A stretch of DNA of 64,000 nucleotides from Caecitellus pseudoparvulus (lineage: Eukaryota > Protista > Bigyra: Bicosoecida), in assembly GCA_965644315.1 (NCBI GenBank), contig CBFFRQ010000196.1, forward strand, positions 1 to 64,000, written 5' to 3'. Shown here in pieces: positions 18,653-29,800 of this stretch. The position numbers were made by a program, and so were the translations under genes. The notes below the pieces were generated by a model. The model did not search any database. It saw nothing but the letters and a program-made list of their open reading frames with translations, and was not told the origin of the DNA. How positions within the stretch are numbered: the stretch's first letter is position 1; the number at the start of each line of letters is the position of its first letter.

Positions 18653-20998
18653 ATGGTGCGTGGGTGTAGGCACGGCGCCTCGCTTTCGCCAGCACTTGCG
18701 ACAAAGCGTGTCGCACACACTGCACGGCACACAGCGCCCTGCCCCTCCCCGACGCCTCAGGCAGCAGCAACAGGACAGGTCACGGAGGGCAGTGCAGCAG
18801 CTACTCCAGGCGTCGATGACACACACGCTGAGGCGGTGGCGGCATGCTTGCGCAAGATGCAGTGCTTGCCGGGCAGCGTCATGGACCACGGCCCAGCACT
18901 GCGAGGACTGGCAGCCATTGGGCGTGGCGAAGCGCCTGTTGCAGGTGATGACGCCCCATCGGCCATGAGCCTGGTGGAGCTGGAGGCTGCACTGCGTGAT
19001 GCGGGGAGTGCGCTGTTGGAGCAGGCTGGGCTGTTGGCGGGGCAGCGTGAGCGAGGTGGTGTGTGTGCTGCGCTGCAGTACCTGTCGTTCCGGTGCTTCT
19101 GCGCGGTGGATGTGCTTCATCAAGCGGCATCTGGTGTGGGTGTTGATGCGGTGCCGGGGGGCGAAGCACTGTGGGGCGCCATTGTGGGTGCTTGGGGCAG
19201 TGTACGGGCCGGTGTGAACGTAGAGGGTGCGCTGGCTGACCTGACGCGATGGTGGCAAGGCTTCATAGTGGAGGATTCGATTGTGGCTCGTGGGGTTGGC
19301 TCCGTCACACATGATGCCGGTGGCGAGGCAGCGATGGATGCGGCTCTGGCTGGCATGCGTCAGCAGGCTGGTTGGCTGCGAGGCGAAGCGGCAGGCGAGT
19401 TGACGAGTGAGAGTGCTGCGGAGCACTTGGAGTGTGCTGCGAGTGCGGTGGAAGAGTTGCGTGGGCTGTTGGGGTGTGCGCCGGTGATGAGTGGTCGGAG
19501 GGTGAAGGCTGTGGATGGCTTGGACTTGTCGGGCGGCTTGGGGTGCATGAACGGCAAGGGTGTGAGTGTGTACAGTGGGAGGGTTGAGATCGTGGATGAG
19601 GATGTGGGTGGAGCTGGGGATGTGGAGCAGTGGGCAGCAAGTGTGGAGGGGGGTGCGAGGGCGCTTGCCACGAGTGTTGGCGCTGTGAAGCGTGTTCAAG
19701 CGGCTCGCATCGCCCATGGCCTGCCGCGGATGGCGCAGACTCCACGCAAAGTCGCTATGGCACACATTTGTGGAGCTGGCAGGGCTGATGAGCCGGTTGG
19801 CGAGAGGAGCAGTGTCACAGTGCAAGTGCAGTGTGAGGCGGGTTGGCCGCTGAGGGTGTTCCTGGAGGATGAAGCGTGGGGCGATGTTGGGCTGGATGTG
19901 AAGCAGCGTGTGGCTGTGAAGGTGCTGGGTGTGTGTGCTGTGGCGGAGGCGTGCGGAGTGAGTCTGAGTGGTGTGGGTGTGGGGAGCTTTGTGGTGGTGG
20001 GTGTGGGGAGTGGCAGTGTGGGTGACCTTGTGGCCGCACTGGATGGGGGTGAGTGTGAGGTGGTATTGAGTGCGTGTGGCGGTGTGTGGGGCTTAGATCG
20101 CACTGAAGGCGGCAACCGTGATGTGAAGGGTGTGTTAAGTGTGCTGCGTGAGGTGCTTGGTGTGGGAGGTGGGGCCTTGGGTGGCGGATCGGGCGTTGGG
20201 TCGAGCTTCGTCGGCAGCGGTGAAGGTGGCGAACATGTATTGTCGAGCGCGTTGGAGGTGTTGGAGCGGGGAGGGAGTGGTTGCTGCATGGGTGCATACG
20301 CGGTGGCATGTGAAGGAAGTGGGGGTGGAGTGGGGCGTTTGTCAGGTGTGGAAAGTGCGGTGCGGGGTGTGCTTGATGGTGAGCAGGCAGCTGCTGCGGC
20401 AGGTCAGGCTGAGGCAGCTCAAGCTGAGGCTGTACCGGCTACAGAGTCGGAGGTTGCTGCCGAGCAAGTGAAGTTAAGCGAGGAGAACACCACAGCGTTT
20501 GTGGAAGCGTGCAAGGATGGGGAGCTTGCGAGAGTGCGCGAGTTGCTTTCATTGACGGGGGATGAGGCAGTGGATGTACATGCGGAAGGAAATGTTGAGA
20601 TCTGGCCAAGGGTTTGCAGACAGGGCCCTGAGGCTGGCTTCCGATGGGCCTGCGCCAGGGGCCGCACAGACATCGTGCGTGAGCTGCTGGACCTGACTGG
20701 GGCGCGGGCAGTGGATGTGCATGCGGCGGATGTGTTTGGACCCGAGGCCGCCTTCCGAGGCGCATGCGAGAATGGCCACACAGACGTTGTGCGTGAGCTG
20801 CTGGCCCTCACTGGGGCGCGGGCAGTGGATGTGCACGCGGCCGCTTGGGATGGACCTGAGGCTGGCTTCCGATGGGCATGCCGCAATGGCCGCACAGACA
20901 TCGTGCGTGAGCTGCTGGGTCTCACTGGGCATCGCAGGATCCCAGACAGCGTGCGACAGGAAGCCACCAAGTTTGAGAGCTTGAAGGAGTTGATTTGA
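18653..20998 (+). CDS. Gly/Val-rich N-terminus plus 38-aa ankyrin-like repeats (cap + 3 repeats)
   Basis: 781-aa ORF with repeats GPEAxFRxACxxGxTDxVRELLxLTGARAVDVHAA. Start codon uncertain. Confidence 0.75.
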   Translation: MVRGCRHGASLSPALATKRVAHTARHTAPCPSPTPQAAATGQVTEGSAAATPGVDDTHAEAVAACLRKMQCLPGSVMDHGPALRGLAAIGRGEAPVAGDDAPSAMSLVELEAALRDAGSALLEQAGLLAGQRERGGVCAALQYLSFRCFCAVDVLHQAASGVGVDAVPGGEALWGAIVGAWGSVRAGVNVEGALADLTRWWQGFIVEDSIVARGVGSVTHDAGGEAAMDAALAGMRQQAGWLRGEAAGELTSESAAEHLECAASAVEELRGLLGCAPVMSGRRVKAVDGLDLSGGLGCMNGKGVSVYSGRVEIVDEDVGGAGDVEQWAASVEGGARALATSVGAVKRVQAARIAHGLPRMAQTPRKVAMAHICGAGRADEPVGERSSVTVQVQCEAGWPLRVFLEDEAWGDVGLDVKQRVAVKVLGVCAVAEACGVSLSGVGVGSFVVVGVGSGSVGDLVAALDGGECEVVLSACGGVWGLDRTEGGNRDVKGVLSVLREVLGVGGGALGGGSGVGSSFVGSGEGGEHVLSSALEVLERGGSGCCMGAYAVACEGSGGGVGRLSGVESAVRGVLDGEQAAAAAGQAEAAQAEAVPATESEVAAEQVKLSEENTTAFVEACKDGELARVRELLSLTGDEAVDVHAEGNVEIWPRVCRQGPEAGFRWACARGRTDIVRELLDLTGARAVDVHAADVFGPEAAFRGACENGHTDVVRELLALTGARAVDVHAAAWDGPEAGFRWACRNGRTDIVRELLGLTGHRRIPDSVRQEATKFESLKELI

Positions 20999-20999
20999 T

Positions 21000-21245
21000 C
21001 CCAGGCCCCAAGCACAGACCAATGCACCATTCGACAAACCTGACACGCACCTCAGACCAGCACACATGCCCCACCTCCACCTCTCCCCATACCGCACCAC
21101 AATCCACCGCACCACAATCCACCGCACACACCACACCGCATCACACCTCATCACCATTCCCACGCACCCCACGCCCCCCTCACCTTCACTGCACTCCCCT
21201 CCGCACGGCACCAACGCCTCCCACACCCGCTTCCTGCCCTTCCCA
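21000..21245. repeat. C/A-rich low-complexity spacer with a short 15-bp tandem (caccacaatccaccg)
   Basis: Direct inspection. Confidence 0.6.
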
Positions 21246-22397
21246 CTACCGCCTCCGCAGCACCTTCAGCTTGTCCATGCGCTTCGCCACGTGGTGCTTC
21301 TTCGCCTGCGCCTTCTGGCTCCGACACTCTGCAGCTGCTGGCGGGTTCACCACCGCCTCCTGCGCCACCTGCTTCGCCCGCCGCTCCTTCGCTGCCGCCC
21401 TGGCCCGCCGCTCGCTGTTGTAGGCTGTCAAGAACACATTTGCACCCATGGCACCCTGCACACCCTCCAAGACCTCGGATGCAAAGGCGCCTGCCTCTGC
21501 TGCAGCGGCCGCCTGTTGTGCCTGCTCTGACCAGGATGGCGCGTCGGCCAGGCGGGGGTCGCTGGCCACGTGCTCTGCCGCCTGCACAATGCGGAACACT
21601 ACCCGCGCCACCGGCACCACGTAGCGCTGCAGGTCCGCCTGCGGCAAGTGCCCAGCCATGCCCCCGAACACGTTCAGCGCCGTGGTGGCCGCCGGCCCGC
21701 CCTGCTGCACTGCCGTGTTGCTGAGGCGCTGCAGCAGCCAGAACAGCGGATCACGTGCACTACTGCCGTCGTCATCTTGGGCGGTGTGTGTGGAGGGCGG
21801 GCTGTCACGCTGCACCGCCTTGCCGCCCACCACCTCCACGCCACCCACGAGCAGGGTGGACTTGCCGGCCAAGCGAGCCGTGCGCTGGGCGAGGTGGGGC
21901 GGGATGGTGTTGCGGGAGCTGGGCGGCGTCGTGGCGTACAGCCCCACCACCGTGAACAGCAGCACCGGCGCCAAAGCCGTGCCCTGCTCCCTGCTCAGTG
22001 CCCCGTCCGCCAGCTGCACACAGGCTGCCCGGGCCAGGGCGAACAGGCGCTCATCCCCAGCCAGCCACGCCGCCACGCCAGGCAGTGGGGGGCAGCTCCC
22101 CACACTCGCCACTGCCACGGTGTTCAGGGCGGCGCCCAGCCACCTGGCTGCCGGCTCCCGTACCTGCCGCTCTCGCCGTCGCGGTTGAACACGACGATGC
22201 TGTCTCCAGCCGCGCCTGCCACGCGCTTGCCCTGCGAAAGTCGCCGTGGAAGGTGCAAATATGGTTGCCACGTCGGCTGCGCCGGCACTCACGTCCTCCG
22301 ACACTGCCACGTGCGTGATGAAGGTGCTGCCCGAAAGGAACGCAGTGCCTTTCGCCAGCTCCACTTTGTTGGTGCCAGTGTTCTCCACGTGCACCAT
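21246..22397 (-). pseudogene. Fragment resembling the C-terminus of UTP20/DRIM (U3 snoRNP HEAT-repeat protein), with an apparently unrelated N-terminal part
   Basis: LFWLLQRLS...ASEVLEGVQGAMGANVFLTAYNSERRARAAAKERRAKQVAQEAVVNP matches the remembered UTP20 C-terminal pattern. Only ~380 codons are present, versus >2000 aa for a full gene. Confidence 0.6.
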
Positions 22398-23198
22398 GGT
22401 CTGTGGAGCACAGCAGCGGCGGTTGCGGAATTTGCACGCCTCTCGCAGCCGTCGAATGCCCGCCTGCGCACCAGAGCATTCTCAATGCCAGTCTTGGAGC
22501 TGTCACCGCCTGAAACAGCCAGAGTACCACCTGCGAGGGGCACCAGTTGGAAGACGGGTGCCCCCATGGAGGCGCTGGACAGCGCCATGCCTTTGTTGTG
22601 GCTTGGGACAGAGCAGTCGCCACCACGCCAATGAATATCGAGTGGGCAAGGAAGGGTGACGGAGCCACACTGCCAGACACGACAAGGCCGCAACCCTTAC
22701 ACGCAAAAGTGCGGGCACAGCAGAGCGGGCGGTTTTGCCCCGTCCAGTGCCGTGTATGGACAGCGCTGCTCGGAGCGCACCAGTCCACTCCCTCCATCGC
22801 ACTCCGCGCCTTGGCGCAGCTCCCGTCAGCACTCGAACGGGGATCTTTCGGATGTCCAGATAGCTTGTTCCGCACCCTTCCTGCTGAGATGATGGGCACC
22901 GCATCGAGCGGAGCGGGGCACACCTGACATGCCTGCTACCAAAATGCACCTCAATTATATCCCAAACACCTGTGATGTCACGGGACATTTGCACATCAGC
23001 GTGCCTGGCGTCTTGTCTTTAGTCTAGGCCGCCACAGGTGAGCGTGCACTGGTGCAAGTGCGGAAGTTGCTCCCTCGTACACGTCAGCTGCGACAGCGCC
23101 TTCCCACGGCACCAACACACGCGTCCACTGCCATCACCCCGCAGGAGTCGGCTTTACAGCACAGCTACGCCTGACTAGACCCCCTGCCATCCATCGCC

Positions 23199-26100
23199 AT
23201 GGTGCGTGGGTGTGGGCATGGTGCCTCGCTTTCGCCAGCACTTGCGACAAAGCGTGTCGCACACACACCACAGCACACAGCGCCCTGCCCCTCCCCGACG
23301 CCACAGGCAGCAGCAATAGGACAAGCCACGGAGGGCAGTGGAGCAGCTACTCCAGGCATCGACGACGCACAGGCTGAGGTTGTGGCGGCATGCTTGCGCA
23401 AGGTGAAATGCTTGCCGGGCAGCGTCATGGACCACGGCCCAGCACTGCGAGGACTGGCAGCCATTGGGCGTGGCGAAGCGCCTGTCGCAGGTGATGCCCC
23501 ATCGGCCATGAGCCTGGTGGAGCTGGAGGCTGCACTGCGCGATGCGGGGAGTGCGCTGTTGGAGCAGGCTGGGCTGTTGGCGGGGCAGCGTGAGCGAGGT
23601 GGTGTGTGTGCTGCGCTGCAGTACCTGTCGTTCCGGTGCTTCTGCGCGGTGGATGTGCTTCATCAAGCGGCATCTGGTGTGGGTGTTGATGCGGTGCCGG
23701 GGGGCGAAGCACTGTGGGGCGCCATTGTGGGTGCTTGGGGCAGTGTACGGGCCGGTGTGAACGTAGAGGGTGCGCTGGCTGACCTGACGCGATGGTGGCA
23801 AGGCTTTGAGGGGGGGGAGGTGGATGTAGCTGGTGAGGATGGCCCCGTCACACATGATGCTGGTGGTGAGGCAGCGGCGGATGCGGCTTTGGCCGGCATG
23901 CGTCAGCAAGCTGAGTGGCTGCGAGGCGAGGCGGCAGGGGAGCTGAGGAGTGAGAGTGCTGCGGAGCACTTGGAGAGTGCTGCGAGTGCAGTGGAGGAGC
24001 TACGTGGGCTGTTGGGGTGTGCGCCGGTGATGAGTGGTCGGAAGGTGAAGGCTGTGGATGGCTTGGACTTGCCGGGCGGCTTGGAGTGTCTGAACGGCAA
24101 GGGTGTGAGCGTGTACAGTGGACGGGTTGAGATCGTGGATGAGGATGTGGGTGGAGCTGTGGATGTGGAGCAGTGGGCAGGGAGTGTGGAGGCGGGTGCG
24201 GCAGCGCTTGTCACGAGTGTTGGCGCCGTGAAGCGTGGCGAAGCGACTCGCATCGCCCGTGGACTGCCGCGGATGGCGCAGACACCACGCAAAGCAGCAC
24301 TGGCACATATCTGTGGAGCGGGCAGGGCTGATGAGCCACTCGGCCAGAGGAGCATGGTGACGGTGCAGGTGCAGTGTGAGGCGGGGTGGCCGCTGGGGTT
24401 GTTCCTGGAGGATGAAGCTTGGGGCGATGTTGGGCTGGAGGTGAAGCAGCGCGTGGCTGTGAGGGTGTTGGGTGTGTGTGCTGTGGCGGAGGCGTGTGGA
24501 GTGAGTCTGAGTGGTGTGGGTGTGGGGAGCTTTGTGGTGGTGGGTGTGGGGAGTGGCAGTGTGGGGGATCTGGTGGGCGCACTGGATGGGGGTGGGTGTG
24601 AGGTGGTGTTGAGTGCATGTGGCGGTGTGTGGGGCACAGGTCGCTCTGATGGTGGCAGCAGTGAGGGTGGTGGTGTGTTGAGTGTGCTGCGTGGGGTGCT
24701 TGGTGTGGCAGGTGGTGCGTTGGGTGGCGGATCGGGCGTTGGGTCAAGCTTGGTGGGGAGCGGTGAAGGTGGCGAACATTCACTGTCGGGTGCGTTGGAG
24801 GTGTTGACGCGAGAACGGAATGGTTGCTGCATGGGTGCATATGCGATGGCGTGTGAGGGAAGTGGGGGTGGACTGGGTCATCTGGAAGGTGTGGAAAGTG
24901 CTGTGCGGGGTTTGCTTGATGAGGAGCAGGCAGGTGGTGCGGCGGGTCAGGCGGAGACAGCTGACGCAGAGGCTGTACCGGCTACAGAGTTGGAGATTGC
25001 TGCCGAGCAAGTGAAGTTCAGCGAGGAGAACACCACAGCGTTTGTGGAAGCGTGCAAGGAGGGCAAACTTGCCAGGGCGCGTGAGCTGCTGTCTTTGACG
25101 GGGGATGAGGCAGTGGACGTGCACGCGGCGGGATTTGTTCAGGTGGGGCCATTTCGCAGAAGTGATGGTCCTGAGGCTGCATTCCGGTGGGCATGCTTCA
25201 ATGGCCACACAGACATCGTGCGTGAGCTGCTGGGCCTGACTGGGGCGCGGGAGGTGGATGTGCATGCGGTGGATTGGTTTGGACCTGAGCCAGCCTTCCG
25301 AGTGGCATGCACCGAGGGCCACACCGACATCGTGCGTGAGCTTCTGGCTCTGACTGGTGCGCGGGAAGTGGATGTACACGCGGCAGATGAGGATGGACCT
25401 GAGGCCGCCTTCCGATGGGCATGCCGTGAAGGCCATTCAGACATCGTGTGTGTGCTGCTGGGCCTGACTGGGGCAAGGGAAGTGGATGTGCACGCAGCGG
25501 ATGAGGATGGACCTGAGGCTGCCTTCCGATGGGCATGCCGTGAAGGTCATTCAGACATTGTGTGTGAGCTGTTGGGCCTGACTGGAGTCAGGGCAGTGGA
25601 TGTTCACGCAGGGGATGGTTATGGTCTTGAGGCTGCCTTCCGAAACGCATGTTTTTGGGGCCACATAGATATCGTGCGTGAGCTGCTGACGCTCACTGAT
25701 GCAAGGGAAGTGGATGTGCATGCGGCGGATGATGATGGACCCGAGGCCGGCTTTCGAGAGGCATGCCATGCTGGCCACCCAGACATTATGCGTGAGCTAC
25801 TTGCCCTCACCGGCGCGCGGGCAGTGGATGTGCACGCGGCGGATGGGGATGGACCAGAGGCCGCCTTCCGAGCAGCATGCGGAAGTGGCCGCGCAGACGT
25901 TGTGCGTGAGCTGCTGGCCCTGACCGGGGCGCGGGCAGTGGATGTGCACGCGGCGGATGGGGATGGACCAGAGGCCGCCTTCCGAGCAGCATGCGGAAGT
26001 GGCCGCGCAGACGTTGTGCGTGAGCTGCTGGCCCTGACCGGGGCGCGGGCAGTGGATGTGCATGCGGCGGATGGGGGTGGACCTGAAGCAGCCTTCCGAA

Positions 26101-26645
26101 ACGCATGCCGGGGTGGCCACATTGATGTCGTGCGTGAGCTGCTGGGCCTGACTGGGGCGCGGGAAGTGAATGTACACGCGGATGACGCGGCTGGGCCAGA
26201 GGCCGCCTTCCGAGGGGCGTGTGTCAATGATCATGTTGATGTCGTGCATGAGCTGCTGGGCCTGTCTGGGGCGCGGGAAGTGGATGTTCATGTTGCGGCA
26301 TGGGGTGGACCTGAGGCTGCCTTCCGTTTGGCATGCGAGGAAGGTCACATTGACGTCGTGATTGAGCTGCTGGCCCTCACAGGGGCAAGGGAGGTGGATG
26401 TGCGCGTTGGCGATGATTATGGACCTGAGGCTGCCTTCCGTGGGGCATGCGCTAATGGTTACCCTGACATTTTGCGCGAGCTGCTTGGTCTCACTGGTCA
26501 CCGTGCGATCCCAGCCCAAGTCTGGCAAGAAAAGGGGGAGTCCATTGCCCAAGCAGCGCGTGATGCAGTGTGGGCTGGTACAAGCACTCGGCATGGGCGA
26601 CGTGGGATGCTCTTGCTGAGATCTCGTGGTGCGGGGCGTGCGTGA
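23199..26645 (+). CDS. Paralogous ankyrin-repeat protein (cap + 12 tandem 38-aa/114-bp repeats at ~25165-26500)
   Basis: 1148-aa ORF with the same N-terminus as 18653-20998 and an expanded repeat array. Confidence 0.8.
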   Translation: MVRGCGHGASLSPALATKRVAHTPQHTAPCPSPTPQAAAIGQATEGSGAATPGIDDAQAEVVAACLRKVKCLPGSVMDHGPALRGLAAIGRGEAPVAGDAPSAMSLVELEAALRDAGSALLEQAGLLAGQRERGGVCAALQYLSFRCFCAVDVLHQAASGVGVDAVPGGEALWGAIVGAWGSVRAGVNVEGALADLTRWWQGFEGGEVDVAGEDGPVTHDAGGEAAADAALAGMRQQAEWLRGEAAGELRSESAAEHLESAASAVEELRGLLGCAPVMSGRKVKAVDGLDLPGGLECLNGKGVSVYSGRVEIVDEDVGGAVDVEQWAGSVEAGAAALVTSVGAVKRGEATRIARGLPRMAQTPRKAALAHICGAGRADEPLGQRSMVTVQVQCEAGWPLGLFLEDEAWGDVGLEVKQRVAVRVLGVCAVAEACGVSLSGVGVGSFVVVGVGSGSVGDLVGALDGGGCEVVLSACGGVWGTGRSDGGSSEGGGVLSVLRGVLGVAGGALGGGSGVGSSLVGSGEGGEHSLSGALEVLTRERNGCCMGAYAMACEGSGGGLGHLEGVESAVRGLLDEEQAGGAAGQAETADAEAVPATELEIAAEQVKFSEENTTAFVEACKEGKLARARELLSLTGDEAVDVHAAGFVQVGPFRRSDGPEAAFRWACFNGHTDIVRELLGLTGAREVDVHAVDWFGPEPAFRVACTEGHTDIVRELLALTGAREVDVHAADEDGPEAAFRWACREGHSDIVCVLLGLTGAREVDVHAADEDGPEAAFRWACREGHSDIVCELLGLTGVRAVDVHAGDGYGLEAAFRNACFWGHIDIVRELLTLTDAREVDVHAADDDGPEAGFREACHAGHPDIMRELLALTGARAVDVHAADGDGPEAAFRAACGSGRADVVRELLALTGARAVDVHAADGDGPEAAFRAACGSGRADVVRELLALTGARAVDVHAADGGGPEAAFRNACRGGHIDVVRELLGLTGAREVNVHADDAAGPEAAFRGACVNDHVDVVHELLGLSGAREVDVHVAAWGGPEAAFRLACEEGHIDVVIELLALTGAREVDVRVGDDYGPEAAFRGACANGYPDILRELLGLTGHRAIPAQVWQEKGESIAQAARDAVWAGTSTRHGRRGMLLLRSRGAGRA

Positions 26646-26820
26646 TGGAAATTACCAACACGGTAACGGATTACCCCAGCGTTTTTCCACTTGCACAACT
26701 TCCAACTCCCCACGCGCCCAACCAGAATCCTGCACTACAGAGCAGCACCCCCTTTCAGCACTTGAACTGCATTCCAGGCTTAATCTTGTACAGTCTTGGA
26801 GCTTTGCACCGTGACGGCTT

Positions 26821-29800
26821 TCAAGGCATGACTCGCAAGTGAAGTCCGTTTAATGGGTCGCTGCCAAACACCCCCAAAAAGCTTGGAACGTCACAGAGAC
26901 GTGGATCGTGCAAGCCAACATCGTCGCATTTGTCCATCGTTGTGCAGTACACAAAGAAGAGGTCCACATCTTCTGGTCGAGAGATGGAGTCAATGAAGGT
27001 GGCAGCGTCTTCCCTATCTCCGCCACAGGATCCAGCGCTGTCCGCCGAAGCCTCCGCTTCAGCCTCCAGCACTTTGCGCACATGCTCATGCAGTTTCGAC
27101 CTGTGTTCAGTGCCCACAATTTCAGGCTGCATGCTGAGCACAGCTTGGCCGCCTTCGCTCTCCCGGATATGGCCTGGGACAGCAACTGGGACGCCAAAGC
27201 TCCACAGAACACTGCTCGCCAACGTCCCGAACTTCGGCTCAGCACTCCCCGACGGCTCAGTCTCGACTCCGCTGCTACGGCTCAAGGCAATTGTTTGTGC
27301 AAGGCGGCCAGGCTGGACATGCCAGGATTCATCCGCGATGAGCGCGATCAAGCGCATGAGGGAGCCAGAGTTGAGGAGCTCTGCTGCCTCTGCTTCCCCA
27401 ACTTCACTCTTCAAGTTCTGGAGTGGCTGGAGGTTGCTCCTGAAAGACAGCGGTTCAGTAGTCGTGACCAAGAAGCAAACTTGGAGTCTGTCGCGGCCAT
27501 CCTGCTTTGCGCGACGAAAGACGACAAAGTCAAGGTTGGGGAAGGCCTCGTGCATCTGGACAGTGTGGACGCCGTCCACTGGGAGCCCATGTAGCGCAGC
27601 AATGTCGCTGAAGGCAACAGTGTTCGTGCCCTCGTAGCTCTCGCAGTCCCAGTCCCACATCCGGCGGTGCTGCCGGAATCCCGAGCATCGTTGAGGGGTG
27701 AGGGCCCAGTTGCCCAGCATCTGCTCTGGTGTCAGTCCGCGTGCGGCGGACAGCTCCTCATACTGCCCGCTGAACAGCCCCATCTTCAGCAGAAATGCAA
27801 CACACAGAGCATATTCTGCATCATGCGCAAAGACTGGCGCAGCCGCTATCAGTTGCTCCATCGCTCGCCTCTTTGCTTTTGATATGTACTCTTGTCGTTG
27901 CTGTGGCTGGCTGGCTTCGGTCTTGAGCAGGGTCCTGAGCAAAGCCTTGAAGCCCATGGGTGTTGCAAACTGTGTGTTGCCAGAAAGGTCAATATCCAAG
28001 GGGTTCTTGCGTTGGAGAATGGAATGGCACATGAGCATGTCAGCGCTCATCAGCTTCGGGTAATCAAAGGGGTCTGCCCCGAATTTCACTCGGTGCTTGA
28101 CTTGCCTGGTGCATCGATCGCTCAAGTGGTCACGTTGATTTTCGACTGTTCTCTCAAGCCTCTTCATCACATCCTCTTTGATTGACCTTTCATGGTCGAT
28201 GTCTCGCACGAGCCAGCTCAGCATTCGCTGTCCGGCCGCCACGTTCTTGACGTACTTGTGCAGCATGGCGTGAACCTCGGGATCATGGGACAGCATGTCG
28301 AGGTGGTATGTTGGCAGTAAGAAAGCAATGTCTGACCCAATAGGAGTAGTTTCAAAGCTGTCTACTCTTCGAGGGTAGCCGTTGATGGGTGGGGCATCCA
28401 GGCCATGTCCACACAGCAAGTGGATCGCCAAGTTGTGTGAGAAGTATCCCAGCTCCATGAAGGTGTTCTGCACGCCCAAGCCAGGTGGGAAGTTAAACAA
28501 ACTCTCCCAGTTCATCTTTGCAAACTCATTCAGATACCCAACTTCTGGGCTGTACGCGAGCACTTTATTGCATGGTTCAGCCCACGACAGGAGTTGCTGC
28601 ACTACTTGCCAATGTTCGCTCAAGTTTGTGCCACGGTGCTCCAGCAGCTTGGCGTGGAGTTCGTAAGTCTCGTCAACAATCAGCATTCGGGGTGGGGTAC
28701 CGGCATCACCTCGTTTGGCAGTAAAGTGTCCCTCATTCGGGTGGAGGAGCTTCGCCAATGCCTGCACCCGTGTTTCGCTGTTGTCCAACTCCCCCAACAC
28801 GGAGTGCAGCTCTTCACTCACAAGTGCCTCTCCACAAGAGTTCCCCAAGCTCAGATCAGCCATGTCCTCGCTCAAGTATTCCAACTCGTCACCCAGAGTG
28901 AGGAGTTTGGAAGATGGAAGGTACAACAGGTCACCCCCGGCTCCCACCGTGAGCATCAAAGCGAGGGCTTGCAAGGTCGCAGTTTTGCCAGAGCCGACAG
29001 CTCCGGTAACCAGCAGTCCATGTGTACCTGCTTTGGGAAGCTCAATGGTTCTGGACAGGAACTGTGCTCGTTGGGGTGTCAAAACGAATGTCTTGAGCCC
29101 CAAGCGGTGGCGGTGGTCGTCAATCTCCTGGTTGTTCTCTGCGATTTCGCCAAACCCAACAAGAAGTGGGCGGAGCCGTAACTCGCTGTCAGATAGTTGA
29201 AAACGATTTGCCGTTTTCTCTGTTCGATGCCAGAGGAAGCTCTTCATGTACGGCAACCGCAGAACCACAGCTTCCAGCTTGCCATCCACGACTACGGGTC
29301 GGCAGCCAGGAGTCCACAGGTCGCTGAGCTCATCTGCCAACCCCTTGGCAAGGTGATTAACGCTGGGATCTGCACTTGCTGGGTCGGTGAGCATGCTGAG
29401 CTTGTGCAGGAGGGGCCAAGCTTTGGGGTCACGGGCAAGGAACGCTTGCTCTGCGTCGCGAAGCCAGCCGAAGTTGTCCCGGACCATGTCCAGATCTGCC
29501 ACGCCAAGCCCGCTGAGCAGTTTGTCTGCATCTTCTTTGGAGCACCCAAGTATCTGCAGAGCTGGGGGCACTTGCAGCTCGCTTGGGCTTTCTCCTGACA
29601 GGCTTGCCTGGACCAGGGCTCGCAAGGTGACAGCACAGTTTTCCACTTTCGGGGTGGAGCCGTAGTAATGCCAGCTCCACTCGCTACATAGCTGCTGCCT
29701 TGCAGGCTTCAAATGGTCAAGAACAAACGTTTTCCACAGCTCAGGGCTCACACGGTGCGGTCCATTATCAGCTGCAGCGTCCAGCTTCGAAAGCGACCAT

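Larger units (their letters stand above)
17197..20998. repeat. Subtelomeric segmental duplication, distal copy (homologous to ~21742-26520)
   Basis: Colinear high nucleotide similarity at an offset of ~4545 bp. Confidence 0.93.

Noticed and set aside
25165-26500. CRISPR-like or non-coding repeat array
   Set aside because: The 114-bp period is in-frame coding ankyrin repeats without unique spacers.
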